Shown here in pieces: positions 61,451 through 64,000 of a stretch of 64,000 nucleotides of DNA. The position numbers were made by a program, and so were the translations under genes. The stretch covers positions 3,348,001-3,412,000 of the forward strand of contig JBHGNT010000008.1 in NCBI GenBank assembly GCA_043228905.1. The letters are read 5' to 3'. The notes below the pieces were generated by a model, which was given only the letters and a program-made list of their open reading frames with translations, made no database searches and was not told where the DNA came from. Within the stretch, counting starts at the first letter, position 1. Each line of letters opens with the position of its first letter. This stretch comes from Azolla caroliniana. Its lineage: Eukaryota; Plantae; Polypodiophyta.

Positions 61451-64000
61451 TATATGTTTATGAGTTGGCTTGCATGATCTTAGGTAAGGGTGAGAGCCTT
61501 TCTTTGCATGATCTTCATAAAAGTGTTATTAAAGTCACTAGTTGAGAGAAACTTTAAATATAACTGAGGGTCATTTCAATGTTTGTTGCTTTCTCTTGTG
61601 AGATAAGGAATGAACACTATGTAATTGATGTTGGACGGTAAATTTATTTTATGGAAATTTGTATGGAATGGTTGGCATTGGAATAGGATGGAAAGCCATT
61701 ATCTTTGTAGAGTCGGTGGATGTGCACATCACATATTCACACACAAATCATGCATGATTGATGTACCATGTTTAAAATTCAAATTTATGTTGGTAGCTAT
61801 GCTCGAGTGGAATCAAACAAAACACAATGGTACGGTTTTTCTATGAGAAATAGGACGAACAATCATATTCACGAGATGAAGAGATTCATTCACACATGTG
61901 AATCCATTCCCACACAGTGTACATGATAGAACAATTTGCAAGTGTAGATTCATGTTACTTTTATAACTATCGTCCCTGAACAAGTCATTGAAAAAACCTG
62001 TATGTTTACGTTGGTATAGGATAGTAACTCTGATTTACTTGCAAAAAAAGGTTCACACATCCACGCATGCACCCAACACAATCTACATGATGGAAGTCTC
62101 ATTTAAGATTCATGGTACCTTCATGACTTAACCATTTTTCCTTCCCCCAATATAAGTGCCTTCTATATTTATTTGGGATGCGATAAAAAGTCATTATTTA
62201 TGCAAATTATACATCATGCTTTCGGTTTATTGGGTGATACTATTACATAAAGATGTTTATATTGTTGTATAAGTATGCTTTCCAAATGGTTATATTAATT
62301 TATCAAGTGTAAGTTCTACATCAAAGGAAATATGGTGACTTATTTGATAAACATAAACATGCAAGATCAAATACAACATTACCAAATGTACAAATGCATT
62401 GGGTAAAATAACATGCAAATTTGTTGGTCCTAGTATGCTTGATGGAAATTTGTGGATTATGATCTCCATCTCTAATGAGTTTATAAAGTATATGCAACAC
62501 TCTCACTTTGAACTATTGTAGTGATTCAATCATAGGAATGGGCATGCTATCTCAAATTACAAGACATCACTTAACATTCATTGAGTTTTGCTATTGTTTT
62601 CCATGTAAGAGTTTTTGGTGATTAAGAGATAGCTGAAACTTAACGATTTTCTTTATAAGTCTTTAGTTCCTAATGTATGTGCTCACCCTTCGAGGGAACA
62701 AACCCTCATTCAAGGCGCCCCCAAACCCAACTATGTAGAAGAGTGCCCCAAAGTTCCACCCTACCGCACAATATATAGCTCCATTGGTAGGTTCATAATC
62801 CTAGCATATATTGTATGACAAAACATTTCCACTTTCCCCAAGGTTTAGGCTATATAAAATAGTCCTTTTGTTTGCAACACCTATCACGCATGCCACTGGG
62901 CTCGCTACACTACTGTTTTTATGAAGTTCCTAGGATGTAGCAATCACTATATTCAATTCACTCCTACCTCGGAGAAATACATACATAAATAAATATGTCC
63001 ATTAGAGATATTCAAAGTTATGCATTTGCTCCTTTCATATTTACTACTTCCATGTGCCAACTAACATAGAGTTTTATGTTTCCTTCATGTATGTGAGCAA
63101 TTCTTGTTTTCCATAACCTAGTCTCATCCTAGTAAGTTCTATCATACATAACATATGTATTTCTTCATAATGCCAGGATTCTAACTGTTTATTGCATCTA
63201 TATGTGTCTCTAATCACCAAGATCATTGCCACAACTTACTTCTACATCATATAATTCACACATGTTAATGCATTACTCGCTCGCCACATAATTAGAAGTC
63301 TTATATACTATGTTCATAATCAATATATTTACTATGATCAATGTTTCTTTTTGTTTGAATTGCACTCTAAACCTTGTCCACTATAATCAATGTTAGGTTT
63401 TGTTGAATTCCAAAACGAATTCTACATTAAGATCAATTGCAACTTACACATGTTTTAGGTTACAAGGCACTTCTATGCCCATTGATTTTATGTGGGGAAG
63501 TGGTATTGAAACTAGTCAACACATTTACGCTTAGAGAGTGTTAAAATAATTTGTTTGCACTACATAGCAGTCAATTCAAGCCATTCGAAGTACGGAGATT
63601 TAATTGGCACATTCCACTTTGTAGGATCATATTCATTGCTTCTTAGTTCTTTTAATATATATATATACATATATATATTGAGTGAATGCATCATTATGAG
63701 CATGGACAAATATTCTCCAACTACATATATGATTGGTTTTTCTTATCTTATGAATGATTTTGGTGAGTTTGCAGTAATGGTTTGTAATTGGGTAGAAAAC
63801 TTGATGTTCATCATTTCTCAAATGGTTCTCTATAAATTAATATTTTGATTTAGTGAAGAGTTGCAATAATTCTATGTTTAATATGGGCTTATTCTACATG
63901 TTACAAATTAAACTAAAAACACTACATTGCAGGATCAAAGGATCAAATCTTCCTTTCTATCACAATTATTAGTTACACATATCCACTTTGCTCAAACAAC

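Noticed and set aside
61450-64000. Short ORFs or a possible ancient TE remnant at the window end
   Set aside because: AT-rich, with no recognisable motif or splice-consistent model.

Overview
Eukaryotic nuclear DNA from a land plant, probably a fern or other seed-free vascular plant (inferred from the TE lineages and gene types). Positions 1-41.8 kb are a pile of nested, mostly decayed retroelements. It holds several Ty1/copia pieces, APE-RT LINEs with a conserved 3' hairpin and variable microsatellite tails, and a Ty3/gypsy family primed by tRNA-Trp that makes 4-bp, CG-centred target-site duplications. That gypsy family appears as a gag-pol element, a solo LTR and two capsid-only (TR-GAG-like) satellites, one of which is fused to the gag-pol element through a shared chimeric LTR. 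Buried in the pile (12.0-17.7 kb, minus strand) is a pseudogene that appears to join a CDCA7-type zf-4CXXC_R1 finger to an uncharacterised plant C-terminal domain. Positions 42.7-51.3 kb hold an apparently intact 11-exon, four-CRM-domain plastid splicing factor (CFM2-like). Positions 55-59.6 kb hold an ankyrin + tandem CCCH (TZF) gene with no ATG at its expected start and a TGA at an invariant Trp. The rest is AT-rich intergenic DNA with local tandem duplications. All calls come from reading motifs by eye; no searches were run.
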